Assembly: GCA_021796535.1 (NCBI GenBank)
Contig: JAKABW010000003.1
Span: forward strand, 53,029 to 117,028
Direction of reading: 5' to 3'
Length of the DNA stretch: 64,000 nt
From: Actinomycetes bacterium
GTDB lineage: Bacteria; Actinomycetota; Acidimicrobiia; Acidimicrobiales; Bog-793
Of the stretch, positions 55,182 to 64,000 are shown piece after piece. The position numbers and the translations under genes were made by a program. The notes under the pieces were generated by a model, which ran no database searches, was not told where the DNA came from, and was given only the letters and a program-made list of their open reading frames with translations. Each line of letters opens with the position of its first letter. Within the stretch, counting starts at the first letter, position 1.

Positions 55182-56669
55182 TTGCCGGCACGGGAAGAGC
55201 GATTACATCCGGAGACGAAAACCGCCGGGGTATCTTTCGCGTCGCAAGACTCGGGCAAAGATTCTTTTCCGGAACAAGAAAACTCTTCCCGGCAGAAAAG
55301 CCTTGCCCAGCGCCTCGATTTGAAAGATCTGGTTCCGCTGTCGGTTTCCAGCGTCGGACCGCTTTTTTCCGTGGCGGCAACCGGCGGCGTTATGGCGGCA
55401 TATGCCGGCGTGTGGACACTGCCGGCCATCTTTCTTTTGGCCTTTCCTTTCCTCGTCTCCAGCTTCGTCTTCAGACTGCTGAACAAACATTTTCCGCAGG
55501 CGGGGGCTTCCTATCACTGGTCGGCCCGTGTTTTGGGAGAATCGGCATCCAGATATCAGGCCTGGATACTGATTCTGGCTTACTTCACTTCGATTCCGCC
55601 CATTGCCATACCGGCAGGCAGTTATACCGTCGCCCTCCTTGCCCCCAGGTATCAATCCTCTTCCGTCCTGGAAGCCGGAGTTACGCTGTTTTGGATTATC
55701 TTTGCGGCCGTACCTCTCCTTTTGGGCGCCAAGCCGACGGCCAGGATCACCCAGGTATTTTTCGCCGTGGAAATGCTGGCGTTGACGGCTTTTGCCGTTA
55801 TCGGTGTTTCCAGGCTCGGTAAAATATCGGTACCGCTTCACTTCTCCAAGCCGCCGATCGGCGGCATGTTGGTGGTCGCCGTAATAGCCGCCACCATTTT
55901 AGACGGTTGGGAAATCGACTCTTACGCCGCCGAAGAATCCAAAAAACCCAGGGAACACCCCGGACTGGGAGGCATAATAGGAGCCTTTGGGGCCTTGCTC
56001 TTTTATGCCGTATTGTACCCTCTCATGATAGGAGAAACCCCCATCCGCAAGCTGGCCGGTTCAAGCGATCCTTTGGCCGTCTGGGCAAACCGTCTCATAC
56101 CGGGACACGGCTGGGCCATGCTGATACCGGTTCTGGCTTCGACCGCCGGAGGACTTTGGCTTACCACCTACATACTCACCAGAGCGCTTTACGCAATGGG
56201 CAGGGAACGGTTACTGCCGGTGAGTTTTGCCAAACTGAACAAGCGCCGCGTGCCGGGCTTTGCCGTCGTCGTCACTTTGTCTCTGACGTTTTTGGTGGTG
56301 CTCGGCGAAACTTTTGTCGGCTCATTGTCGGATTTTTTCAAACTGATTTTGTCGGCAGCCGGCTTTTTTATCTTGGCGGAATTTTTTATGGATTCGCTTA
56401 CCGCCGTCATGTTTCTGGCGTTCGGACACAAAAAGCTTCCCGAACTCTCCGTCCATCCCCACCGACACAAAGCCCTTATGTTCTTCTCTTTAATTTCCAG
56501 TCTGATGATGGGGAGTTTGCTCGTCGCCTTTTTCGTCTACGGACCCAAGGCCATAGGCGCCGGAATAGACCAGACTTTGCTTGTCTTGCTGATGCTCGGC
56601 GCCGTTTTCACTTATCTGAGTAGGAAAAAGACCGCTTCCCCCTTTGTATTTGAAGGAAAATCTGTCTAG
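55182..56669 (+). CDS. APC-family amino acid/polyamine permease
   Basis: 495-aa ORF with about 12 TM segments. The N-terminal DLVPLSVSSVGPLFS pattern is typical of the APC superfamily. The start codon is uncertain (TTG at 55182). Confidence 0.75.
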   Translation: MPAREERLHPETKTAGVSFASQDSGKDSFPEQENSSRQKSLAQRLDLKDLVPLSVSSVGPLFSVAATGGVMAAYAGVWTLPAIFLLAFPFLVSSFVFRLLNKHFPQAGASYHWSARVLGESASRYQAWILILAYFTSIPPIAIPAGSYTVALLAPRYQSSSVLEAGVTLFWIIFAAVPLLLGAKPTARITQVFFAVEMLALTAFAVIGVSRLGKISVPLHFSKPPIGGMLVVAVIAATILDGWEIDSYAAEESKKPREHPGLGGIIGAFGALLFYAVLYPLMIGETPIRKLAGSSDPLAVWANRLIPGHGWAMLIPVLASTAGGLWLTTYILTRALYAMGRERLLPVSFAKLNKRRVPGFAVVVTLSLTFLVVLGETFVGSLSDFFKLILSAAGFFILAEFFMDSLTAVMFLAFGHKKLPELSVHPHRHKALMFFSLISSLMMGSLLVAFFVYGPKAIGAGIDQTLLVLLMLGAVFTYLSRKKTASPFVFEGKSV

Positions 56670-56670
56670 T

Positions 56671-57360
56671 CTATAAGATCCCGTGGGAGGACACTTCCGC
56701 TTTTTCTTGGTCACCGAGCGCCGGATTAGCGTGAGATATCCGCATATGCAATGCGATGGCCCCGCTTGTTACGGCAGCCCATCCGCACCAAACGGAGGCA
56801 AAACCGTCCACCGTCAATTTGGCTATGACGGCCACCGCTATCAGATTGACGGCGCCGAAAATCACCACATGACGTTGACCGGAAATCAGGAGCGCACCGC
56901 ACACGGATGCCACATATGCCGCGACCAGCGGGAGCGAATCTTTAATTCCCAAGTGATAAGCGACGTGATAGGGTGCCTCCGTAGCGCCGTAGTGGCCCTG
57001 CAGCATGGCTTGGGCCAGCATCAGACCGACAAAAAGTCCCATCAAACAAAAGGGAACCGTCACGTATCGACGTTTTTTGGAAGGTTCGATAAGCAATACC
57101 GCAAGCGGTACGTATATCGGCAAAAACACCATGGCGATTGCGAGATAAACAGCGGTGGCAAGATGGGTAAAGAAGTGATCCACGTGGCCCTGCAGACCGA
57201 ACCATACCACAGATTCCACCAATTGATGAAAACCGAGTATGACGGGAAGCGCGGCGAGCGGCAAATACCTCTTCCGTCTCTGCACATGAAGTAAAGCGTC
57301 CGCTCCTATACCCGTAATCAGGGTTCCGCCGATGAGGTCGGCCTCCGGGGAAAAACACAT
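56671..57360 (-). CDS. DUF6629-like polytopic membrane protein
   Basis: I chose the ATG at 57360 (MCFSPEADLIGGTLITGIGADALLHV...). It starts 2 nt after the murD-like stop. The ORF track extends to 57522, inside the upstream gene. About 7 hydrophobic segments. Confidence 0.55.
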   Translation of the reverse strand: MCFSPEADLIGGTLITGIGADALLHVQRRKRYLPLAALPVILGFHQLVESVVWFGLQGHVDHFFTHLATAVYLAIAMVFLPIYVPLAVLLIEPSKKRRYVTVPFCLMGLFVGLMLAQAMLQGHYGATEAPYHVAYHLGIKDSLPLVAAYVASVCGALLISGQRHVVIFGAVNLIAVAVIAKLTVDGFASVWCGWAAVTSGAIALHMRISHANPALGDQEKAEVSSHGIL

Positions 57361-57362
57361 GT

Positions 57363-58796
57363 TCAGAACCTTTCCTCTTCGGCGATAATAGCTTCGACCT
57401 GAGCGGCAAAGTCTTCGGAACGCTCCAGATAATTCCTGTACTGACTGAAACTCGGTGCGGCCGGCGAAAGCAAAATCACCGGGGATCGGGCGGTTTTTCT
57501 TTCCGAAAGAGATTTTGCCCACACAAAACCTTCCCTCAGGGCGACTTTGAGAGTTTCACAGATACAGATATCGGTTCTCTTTCCGCCGGAGTTTCTCAGT
57601 AAAAAATGTCCGTCGGGATGTTGTTCAACGGTTTCGTCTGTTTCCGCCAGGTATTTTTCTGCTATCCTCCGGCCCGCTTCCGAAAGAACCAGCATGCACA
57701 ACGGCTGTCCGTGATGACGCAAGGCCCCTATCAGCTCCGAATAGTCTATCCCTCTGTCCGAACCGCCCAGAATTATGGCCACCGGGTGATCGGCATAGGC
57801 AGAAAGGGCGGCTGCTGTCGGCAGGGCGTTGGTGGCCAACCCGTCATCAATAAATTGTATGCCCCCGTATTCCGCCACTTTTTCCATCCTGTGCGGAAGA
57901 GGAGAAAAAGTTGACAGAGCCTTTACAAGAGATTCTTCATCCGCTGCCATTCCGATGCTCTTTATCACTTCCAAAGCCAACAGCGCATTTCTTTTATTGT
58001 AAACCCCCGGCAAAGAAAATCCCGGCAGGTATTTTTCCGCCGCATCTTCGTCATAGCAAACCATGGAGGGGGAAGGGCCAAGCAAAACCGCATTCTCTTG
58101 CAAATTGACGTCGTCGCCGTTGACAATCACTCTCTCTACGCCGGGCAGGGTGCATAGTCTCAGCTTATCCCTATAATAAGTTTTTAAGTCACCCCTGTGC
58201 CAGTCCAAGTGATCCGGCGCAAGTGCCGTAACTACGGCCGTAGCCCCGGCCGAGCAAAGATCGGCCGTCTGAAAGCTGGACACCTCGATGACCGCCCAGT
58301 TGCATTCGTCGAAACCGCTCCTCGGATCCCAGGGAACCGTCCCCAGATTTCCGAAAGAGCCGGCTTTTTCCCCGAGTGAGGACAGAAGGTGCGCTATCAG
58401 AGAAGTGGTGGTGGACTTGCCTTTCGTGCCCGTCACCATGATGATATTTTCTTTTTCCCTTCCTTCCAGAAAAAGAGCCATCCCGCCTGCCACCCTAACT
58501 CCGTTTTTGGCAAGTTCTTCCGCCTCGATGCAGTAACGGCTTATGCCGGGGGCCTTGATCACCACTTCGCAGGCCAAAAGCGGGGAAATATCGCCGTCTG
58601 TCAACCGCACAAAATCAAAGTTTTCGCCTTCCAGCCCGGATATCTGAGAGCGCTCTTTTGTATCCGCCAAAAGGGGGGTTACCCCCAAAGACTTCAGGTA
58701 AAGATAACTGGCCGCGCCCTCCTTGCCCACTCCCCATAAGGCGACATTTTTGCCTCTCAGGTCGGCAAAAGACAGCGGTTCAAAGGAAGACATCAC
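57363..58796 (-). CDS. murD2: MurD-type Mur ligase paralog (candidate UDP-MurNAc-L-Ala--L-Glu ligase MurD2)
   Basis: 477-aa ORF. MurD-like N-terminal Rossmann fold GKNVALWGVGKEGAAS, VIKAPGI, and P-loop VTGTKGKSTTTSL. It is not in a dcw-type neighbourhood. Its start overlaps the stop of the upstream 476-aa gene. Confidence 0.6.
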   Translation of the reverse strand: MMSSFEPLSFADLRGKNVALWGVGKEGAASYLYLKSLGVTPLLADTKERSQISGLEGENFDFVRLTDGDISPLLACEVVIKAPGISRYCIEAEELAKNGVRVAGGMALFLEGREKENIIMVTGTKGKSTTTSLIAHLLSSLGEKAGSFGNLGTVPWDPRSGFDECNWAVIEVSSFQTADLCSAGATAVVTALAPDHLDWHRGDLKTYYRDKLRLCTLPGVERVIVNGDDVNLQENAVLLGPSPSMVCYDEDAAEKYLPGFSLPGVYNKRNALLALEVIKSIGMAADEESLVKALSTFSPLPHRMEKVAEYGGIQFIDDGLATNALPTAAALSAYADHPVAIILGGSDRGIDYSELIGALRHHGQPLCMLVLSEAGRRIAEKYLAETDETVEQHPDGHFLLRNSGGKRTDICICETLKVALREGFVWAKSLSERKTARSPVILLSPAAPSFSQYRNYLERSEDFAAQVEAIIAEEERF

Positions 58797-60210
58797 GCAA
58801 GTACCCGGGAATAAAATTTTCTCCGCTGGGGTGCATCAGCTCTTCAATTTCCCGTTCGGTCACCAAATTCGGTGAGCCGGGAGCCGCCGCTGCGGCTGCG
58901 AGGCTCTCCGCCGGGCCGTCTCCCTTTCTGTCATCCCGCTCCAACGCCAACTGCAGAGCCGCCCTGCACTCCGTCACGTCCCCCACGCATTCAAAAGGCT
59001 TTGCGTAAAGACCGAGCAGGGCCAGGAATCTGTCGTGATTTGCTTCCGCCGAAAGCGGTTCCGCTCCCGCAAATATTTCTTCCAATTGGTATTTTGACAA
59101 AAAGGGCGCAAGTATTAGGTCGATAAAGCAACACTTGTCACAGACCCCGCACCATTTATCCAAACGCTGACCCGGATCGATATGAAAAGCTCTGTTACAG
59201 CTCCTGAACACAGGTAAATAGGTATCACACGATACGAAACGCCGAGCTATCCACAACTCGCTGAGCGGTCTCAGCAAAGAAAAGTAACTTATAGCACCGC
59301 CGGTAACGTCTTTGACCATGGCGTGCAACATGGCTTCGAATTCGATGCCTTTGGACCATTGGTGGTTCACCGTTTTGTCCCCCAATACAGAACCCGAGGA
59401 TGCCGATTTCTCGTTGGACATTACCGCATGGTTAAAACCGTTGAGATGCGCCGACACTACCGCCGCTGCGGAGATAACGGCCGTGATAGGAACGTGACCG
59501 TTCAAAAGGCCGAGCGAAACGGAATCCAGTATCTTTTCGTCAAGCTGTCTTTCCAACCTTACCACCGGCAATTTGGCCGCCTCCGCGGCATTTTCGATGG
59601 CGGCATATCTGTCGTTCAGCCTGCTCATGACGAAAAGTGAGATTTCGTCAGCTTTATGGCGCAAAAGTTCCAGGGAGGTAAGAGAATCTATGCCGCCGCC
59701 GAAAGGAAGCAAAACTTTTATCCCGCCTTCGGGTATCGACTCCTCCGAAGCCGGATCCGCCAAAGGAGATGGGCGATTGGGGAGGACCGCCCCGGGGTGG
59801 CTCTCCCCCGAACCGGACACAACGGCGGCTCCTGCTGCGTCAAAAAATGACAGCCCGGGCAATTCCAGGTTATTTCTGTACGCCATCTCTTCCAGCCCGC
59901 GGGAGTAAACGGCTGCCGTCAGCGCCGCTTCGGAGGAACTGACCGGCATATTTTTAAAATTCAGTCTCGAAGGCAATCCGGCTTTGTAGTAAGAGACGCC
60001 GGCCACAAAATACAGTACATCAAGGAGTTTTCGTGCCGTCAAGTCCCAATCGTAACCGGACCCGAACAAAAACGTTTCCGTAAAGGTCAGCTCTTTTCCG
60101 CGTTTGGCGTTGGGCTTGTCCCAAAGCAGTTGATAGCGGAAAAGCACCCTGCCGGTATCCCCGTCCAAGTCATAGCCCAAGAAGTTGAACTCTTGCGCTA
60201 TTTCGTTCAC
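58780..60210 (-). CDS. murL: PP-loop-like ATP-utilising protein, candidate UDP-MurNAc-L-Ala-L-Glu epimerase MurL
   Basis: 476-aa ORF with a GTG start behind GGAGTG. It has a PP-loop-like LLPFGGGIDS, then NGHVPITA, and a C-terminal Cys cluster WCGVCDKCCF. It is translationally coupled to the MurD-like ligase. Confidence 0.45.
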   Translation of the reverse strand: MNEIAQEFNFLGYDLDGDTGRVLFRYQLLWDKPNAKRGKELTFTETFLFGSGYDWDLTARKLLDVLYFVAGVSYYKAGLPSRLNFKNMPVSSSEAALTAAVYSRGLEEMAYRNNLELPGLSFFDAAGAAVVSGSGESHPGAVLPNRPSPLADPASEESIPEGGIKVLLPFGGGIDSLTSLELLRHKADEISLFVMSRLNDRYAAIENAAEAAKLPVVRLERQLDEKILDSVSLGLLNGHVPITAVISAAAVVSAHLNGFNHAVMSNEKSASSGSVLGDKTVNHQWSKGIEFEAMLHAMVKDVTGGAISYFSLLRPLSELWIARRFVSCDTYLPVFRSCNRAFHIDPGQRLDKWCGVCDKCCFIDLILAPFLSKYQLEEIFAGAEPLSAEANHDRFLALLGLYAKPFECVGDVTECRAALQLALERDDRKGDGPAESLAAAAAAPGSPNLVTEREIEELMHPSGENFIPGYLRDVFL

Positions 60211-60374
60211 AGTTCACACTCCAGAAATTGAATGCAAGCCATAAAAAGACTCGCCGCCCCTACAATATTTAGAGTCTATTATCGATTCTCGCAAAATGAC
60301 GGCAAAAGATCGGTTTAATTGCGCTGACGGCTTTTGCCGCCGCGGAATCGTGGAATTTTGGCGGCGACAAAAGC

Positions 60375-61379
60375 CTATTGCCGGTTTGCGGTCCCCAGAG
60401 CTTTTTGCGCGATCCTCTCCAGCAAATCGTCGGTTTTTGGATCCGGCTTGGTGTATTCCGGGTGTGCCTCGTAGAAAGACATGACTTTCGCCGCCCCCTC
60501 GGCAAAGGGAACCAACGCCTGCCAGCCGCGGGCCACGGATTTAATTTTTGAATTGTCGAAAATCACCGAATACGATTTGTCGCCCAAAAAAGACGGCCCC
60601 CATTCCGGGGCCGCTTTCGCTATTGCCGACGAGGGAAGGTGGACGTAATCCACTTCACAGATCCCCGCTGCTTCGGCGACAATGTGATAAATCTGGTTCC
60701 AGGTCAGAACTTCGTCGGATGTAATGTGAAAACTTTCTCCCACAGTGGCTTTGTTGGCCAACAGGGCGGTAAAAGCTCTAGCAAAATCCGTATTGTAGGT
60801 CAGGGTCCAAAGGGAAGTTCCGTCTCCGTGAATTACCACGGGCAAACCCTGCCGCATCCGCCTTATGACGCCGTAGCCGCCTTCGAAAGGCAACAGGGTT
60901 TTGTCATAAGTATGGGAAGGACGCACTATCGTGGCGGGGAAACCGTTGTCACGGTACTCTTTCGTCAACAACTCTTCGCAGGCTATCTTATCCCTGGAGT
61001 ACTGCCAGTAGGGATTGACGAGCGGCGTGGACTCCGTGACGGGCAGCCTCTGCAGAGGCTTTTGATAGGCAGAGGCGGAACTGATAAATATATATTGCCC
61101 GCACCTGCCGTGCCAGATGTTGACATCCCGTTCGATGTGTTCGGGCGTAAAGGCTATGAAATTGATCACGCAATCAAAATCTTTGCCCGACACAGCCTCT
61201 TTGTATTCGCCCGCTTCTCTGACGTCCACTCTTATCAGTTCGGCTTCTTCCGGTATCTGCCGCAACTTTGTCTGTGAGCGGTTCAGCAGGGTTACCTCGT
61301 AGCCTTTTGCCAAAGCTTCCCGTACACAAGCCGAACTGATGATACCGGTACCGCCTATAAAAAGTACCGATTTTGTCAA
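60375..61379 (-). CDS. NAD-dependent epimerase/dehydratase (extended SDR) family protein
   Basis: 334-aa ORF. LFIGGTGIISSACVREAL (GxxGxxG) and a later YxxxK-type region (YSRDKIACE). Confidence 0.8.
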   Translation of the reverse strand: MTKSVLFIGGTGIISSACVREALAKGYEVTLLNRSQTKLRQIPEEAELIRVDVREAGEYKEAVSGKDFDCVINFIAFTPEHIERDVNIWHGRCGQYIFISSASAYQKPLQRLPVTESTPLVNPYWQYSRDKIACEELLTKEYRDNGFPATIVRPSHTYDKTLLPFEGGYGVIRRMRQGLPVVIHGDGTSLWTLTYNTDFARAFTALLANKATVGESFHITSDEVLTWNQIYHIVAEAAGICEVDYVHLPSSAIAKAAPEWGPSFLGDKSYSVIFDNSKIKSVARGWQALVPFAEGAAKVMSFYEAHPEYTKPDPKTDDLLERIAQKALGTANRQ

Positions 61380-62005
61380 ATTGTATCGCTTTCTGCCAGT
61401 TTGTCTCTTTTGAGAACCTTAAGTCTATGGTAGACAAAAACTGCCACGGCCACAACCACCACAACCAACAAAACATAGGCGGCGTATTGGAAACCGTTGG
61501 CCACGGAATGCCATGCCGACCCTACGGCATAACCGAGCCCGGCCAAAACGGCGGAATATACCAAGGTGCCGAGAGCCGTAAAAAGGGTAAAACGCCAAAA
61601 GGTCATTTCCGCTATTCCGGCGGCCAAGCTGACGAACGTCCTTATCAAAGGCATCGCTCTGCCGATGGGCACGGCAATGTCTCCGTGCTTGGCAAAAAAG
61701 CGGTCCGTTCTGTCTATATCCGACTTTGAAATCAATACGTACTTGCCGAACTTATAGACGAACGGTCTCCCTCCCGCTTTGCCCACGGCGTAGGAAACGA
61801 AGGATCCCAACACTTCCGCCACGGTGCCCAATAAAATTACCGCCACTATATTCAGATGGGGGTCCCCTGGTTTATGTAGCAAGCCTCCGGCCAAAGCCCC
61901 CGCAAATCCGAAAGTCACCTCCGAAGGGATCGGTATACAGCACGCCTCTATGAAGGCTAAAACGACTAGGGCAAGATATCCATGACTTATAATAAAAGAT
62001 TCCAC
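61376..62005 (-). CDS. DedA family membrane protein
   Basis: 209-aa ORF. HGYLALVVLAFIEACCIPIPSEV and the later GR..P.IRTF.S..AG motif. Overlaps the SDR gene by 4 nt. Confidence 0.85.
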   Translation of the reverse strand: MESFIISHGYLALVVLAFIEACCIPIPSEVTFGFAGALAGGLLHKPGDPHLNIVAVILLGTVAEVLGSFVSYAVGKAGGRPFVYKFGKYVLISKSDIDRTDRFFAKHGDIAVPIGRAMPLIRTFVSLAAGIAEMTFWRFTLFTALGTLVYSAVLAGLGYAVGSAWHSVANGFQYAAYVLLVVVVVAVAVFVYHRLKVLKRDKLAESDTI

Positions 62006-62127
62006 TATGCCCTTTTATCAAATATTTAATGGCTAGTGTTGGCATATCGGCTAATATTTGACCGATATCACTTCAAAGCAAGACAATTTCTTGCTTTCCT
62101 GAGAGTCTTCACAGGATACGCGCGGCA

Positions 62128-63072
62128 ATGGAATTTTCGGCAAAACAAAGACAAAACCCGTTACCGGGATCCTTGGTTATGATACCGGGCGTCAGTCTTG
62201 TCGCTAAAATGTTTTTGCCCCTGACCGCCAAACTGAGCCCGCCGCTCGCCGCTTACGGCATCAATTGGCCTTTCCACAAAGGCCTTCCCGTTACTTATAT
62301 GCCAAAACCGGAAGTAGAAGACAAAGAAGCTTTTCTCGAAAAATTTATTGACGCAAAAGAACTTGCCAAATACGTACTTTTTGCGTTGTTTGTCTTAAAC
62401 GGCCGTCCGCCCAAAACCGATTCGGCGGCGGCGGGACTTCTTGCCGTGGATTCCCTTTCCCCCGACATGTCGGCAGAAAAAGGTTTGCCGATGGGTTTTG
62501 GCCATTCCGCCGGAGCCACGGCGCTTCTCATGACAGAATTTCTGTTTCCCGGCACTTTTGCCGCCTTGTTTCTCTACGAACCGGTTCTCATAACGGACCG
62601 TTCTTTTACATCGGGGGAAGTGACCGAAGAGATTGCTTCTCTCATAACCCGGACTCTGGAGAGAAAATCCGTCTTTTCTTCCCCCGGCAACGCCAAAGAT
62701 CACTTCCGCAACCGCATGCCGTTTGCCGACATGGATCCGGCATGTCTCGATTTTTACCTGAAAGACGCCCTGTGCCACGGGGTGGGTCCCGACAGGGAGT
62801 CGCGTCTCATACTGGATCGCTCCGTTGAAGCAAAATTTTACGGCCGGTTCGGTGCGATGGGAAAAATCCCTTCGCCGGGGACCGGAGTTTGCCCCGTACA
62901 TGTCCTCACGGGATCCCGCGACAACAAAGTCGCCTCTTACTCTTTGGAGAACCTGAAGGATCTCCTGCCAAATATCCAAACGACGGTGCTGGACGGTCTG
63001 GACCATTTCGGACCTTTTACGGCTCCGGAAAGAGTGGCGTCCGTTATAAACGCCGGCCGGCTCCCGGAATAA
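62128..63072 (+). CDS. alpha/beta hydrolase
   Basis: 314-aa ORF. Nucleophile elbow GFGHSAGA (GxSxG) and a C-terminal LDGLDHFGPF (His region). The start codon is uncertain. Confidence 0.7.
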   Translation: MEFSAKQRQNPLPGSLVMIPGVSLVAKMFLPLTAKLSPPLAAYGINWPFHKGLPVTYMPKPEVEDKEAFLEKFIDAKELAKYVLFALFVLNGRPPKTDSAAAGLLAVDSLSPDMSAEKGLPMGFGHSAGATALLMTEFLFPGTFAALFLYEPVLITDRSFTSGEVTEEIASLITRTLERKSVFSSPGNAKDHFRNRMPFADMDPACLDFYLKDALCHGVGPDRESRLILDRSVEAKFYGRFGAMGKIPSPGTGVCPVHVLTGSRDNKVASYSLENLKDLLPNIQTTVLDGLDHFGPFTAPERVASVINAGRLPE

Positions 63073-63154
63073 AAAAGATCCGGCTCACAGAGAAAAATAT
63101 AAATATCTTCCCTTAATAACAGACTGCCTCGGCGGACCTTATTAAACTCTACAT

Positions 63155-63919
63155 GTGCCGCTCGAAATGCCGGAAACTTTATCCCCAAGCAAGATGGACC
63201 GTTTTACCTCCTGTCCGCTTTCTTTCCGGTATACCTACATAGACAAAATACCGGAACCCACCACACAGGCTCAACTGAAAGGCACCCTTACCCACAGGGT
63301 TTTGGAGTTGCTTTACGCCGAAGATGCGGTTTTGCGCACCCAAGAAACAGCCGCCGACATACTGAAATCCGTCTTGGCCCAGGAAGACGACTCTCTCAGG
63401 GAGATCGCCGTAGACGAGGAAAATCTGCTGGCCATGACCGTGGAAATAGAGCGGCTGGTACGCTCTTATTTCGCGATAGAAGACCCCTCCGCAATCAGCT
63501 GCCGGGCCACCGAACTCGACATATCGGCGGAAGTATCCGGTTTCCGCCTGCGGGGCATCATCGACAGGTTGGACGTCACGGAAAACAACGAACTGATTAT
63601 CGTCGACTACAAAACGGGCAAGGCCCCGGGGGAGTCCTTCGAAAAATCCAAACTCAACGCCGTATCGGTGTATGCCCTCCTCTGTGAAATGGAATTCGGA
63701 CAAAAACCCGTCGAAATGAGGCTTATCTATCTCAAGAACGGAATTTCCATCATCAAATTGCCCACGGATCAAGCCATGCGGGCCATCAAATCCAAAATAA
63801 CCGCTGTGGCAACGGCCATCCAAAAGGCCTGCGACAACGACGACTTCAGGGCGAGACCTTCCCGGCTGTGTCCCTATTGTTGCCACAAAAACATCTGTCC
63901 CGCTTTCTCTAAAGATTAA
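63155..63919 (+). CDS. PD-(D/E)XK nuclease (RecB/Cas4-like) with four-Cys Fe-S signature
   Basis: 254-aa ORF. N-terminal Cys (FTSCPLSFRY), core GIIDRLD...LIIVDYKTGK (D...D/ExK), and C-terminal CPYCCHKNIC (CX2CX5C). Confidence 0.7.
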   Translation: MPLEMPETLSPSKMDRFTSCPLSFRYTYIDKIPEPTTQAQLKGTLTHRVLELLYAEDAVLRTQETAADILKSVLAQEDDSLREIAVDEENLLAMTVEIERLVRSYFAIEDPSAISCRATELDISAEVSGFRLRGIIDRLDVTENNELIIVDYKTGKAPGESFEKSKLNAVSVYALLCEMEFGQKPVEMRLIYLKNGISIIKLPTDQAMRAIKSKITAVATAIQKACDNDDFRARPSRLCPYCCHKNICPAFSKD

Positions 63920-64000
63920 AGAACCGGATCCGGTTGCCAAAGAGTTGACAAATCCCAAACGGAAGATACACTAAGATAAAACCGATCCGTTTACGGTAGT

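Overview
This 64-kb window looks like an actinobacterial chromosome segment. Hand counts of sample lines give about 48-60% G+C. The taxonomic call rests on four things: a bS22-type 31-aa basic peptide, a BldD-like regulator, a GT2/DUF5719 gene pair, and the conserved block hrcA-dnaJ-rsmE...phoH-ybeY-CNNM/CBS-era.

Most of the window is housekeeping or envelope genes: ispE-rsmA, gltX, rpsT, lepA, hemW, a HIT protein, photolyase, an ABC-2 exporter, a YeiH/LysR pair, a Pat-type GNAT/ACS acetyltransferase, MFS and APC permeases, DedA, and an SDR epimerase. I found four tRNAs by hand folding: Gln-UUG, Glu-CUC, Gln-CUG and Gly-UCC. I found no rRNA, CRISPR array, intact transposase or integrase.

The loci worth a second look are:
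- A translationally coupled MurD-like ligase plus a PP-loop-like 476-aa protein. This resembles the MurD2/MurL L-Glu ligase/epimerase route and is coupled to a DUF6629 membrane protein.
- A roughly 1.65-kb segment at about 65-68% G+C that starts exactly at the 3' end of tRNA-Gly. It holds a nonsense- and frameshift-inactivated alpha/beta hydrolase, a truncated ORF, a 13-bp perfect operator-like inverted repeat, and a 37-nt perfect palindrome at its far edge.
- A 6.2-kb accessory block enclosed by the 3' ends of tRNA-Glu and tRNA-Gln. It carries two paralogous Zn-ADHs, a MerR regulator with a palindromic operator and an apparently leaderless promoter, a decayed DUF1697 gene, and a repeat protein with a perfect 87-bp duplication.
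- A gltX-DUF218-(MidA-like methyltransferase + TPR)-tRNA-Gln string of unknown function.
- A solitary SPPY-type DNA methyltransferase.
- A structured GC-rich leader upstream of a lipoprotein gene.

All calls come from reading the sequence by eye and recognising motifs. I ran no searches.
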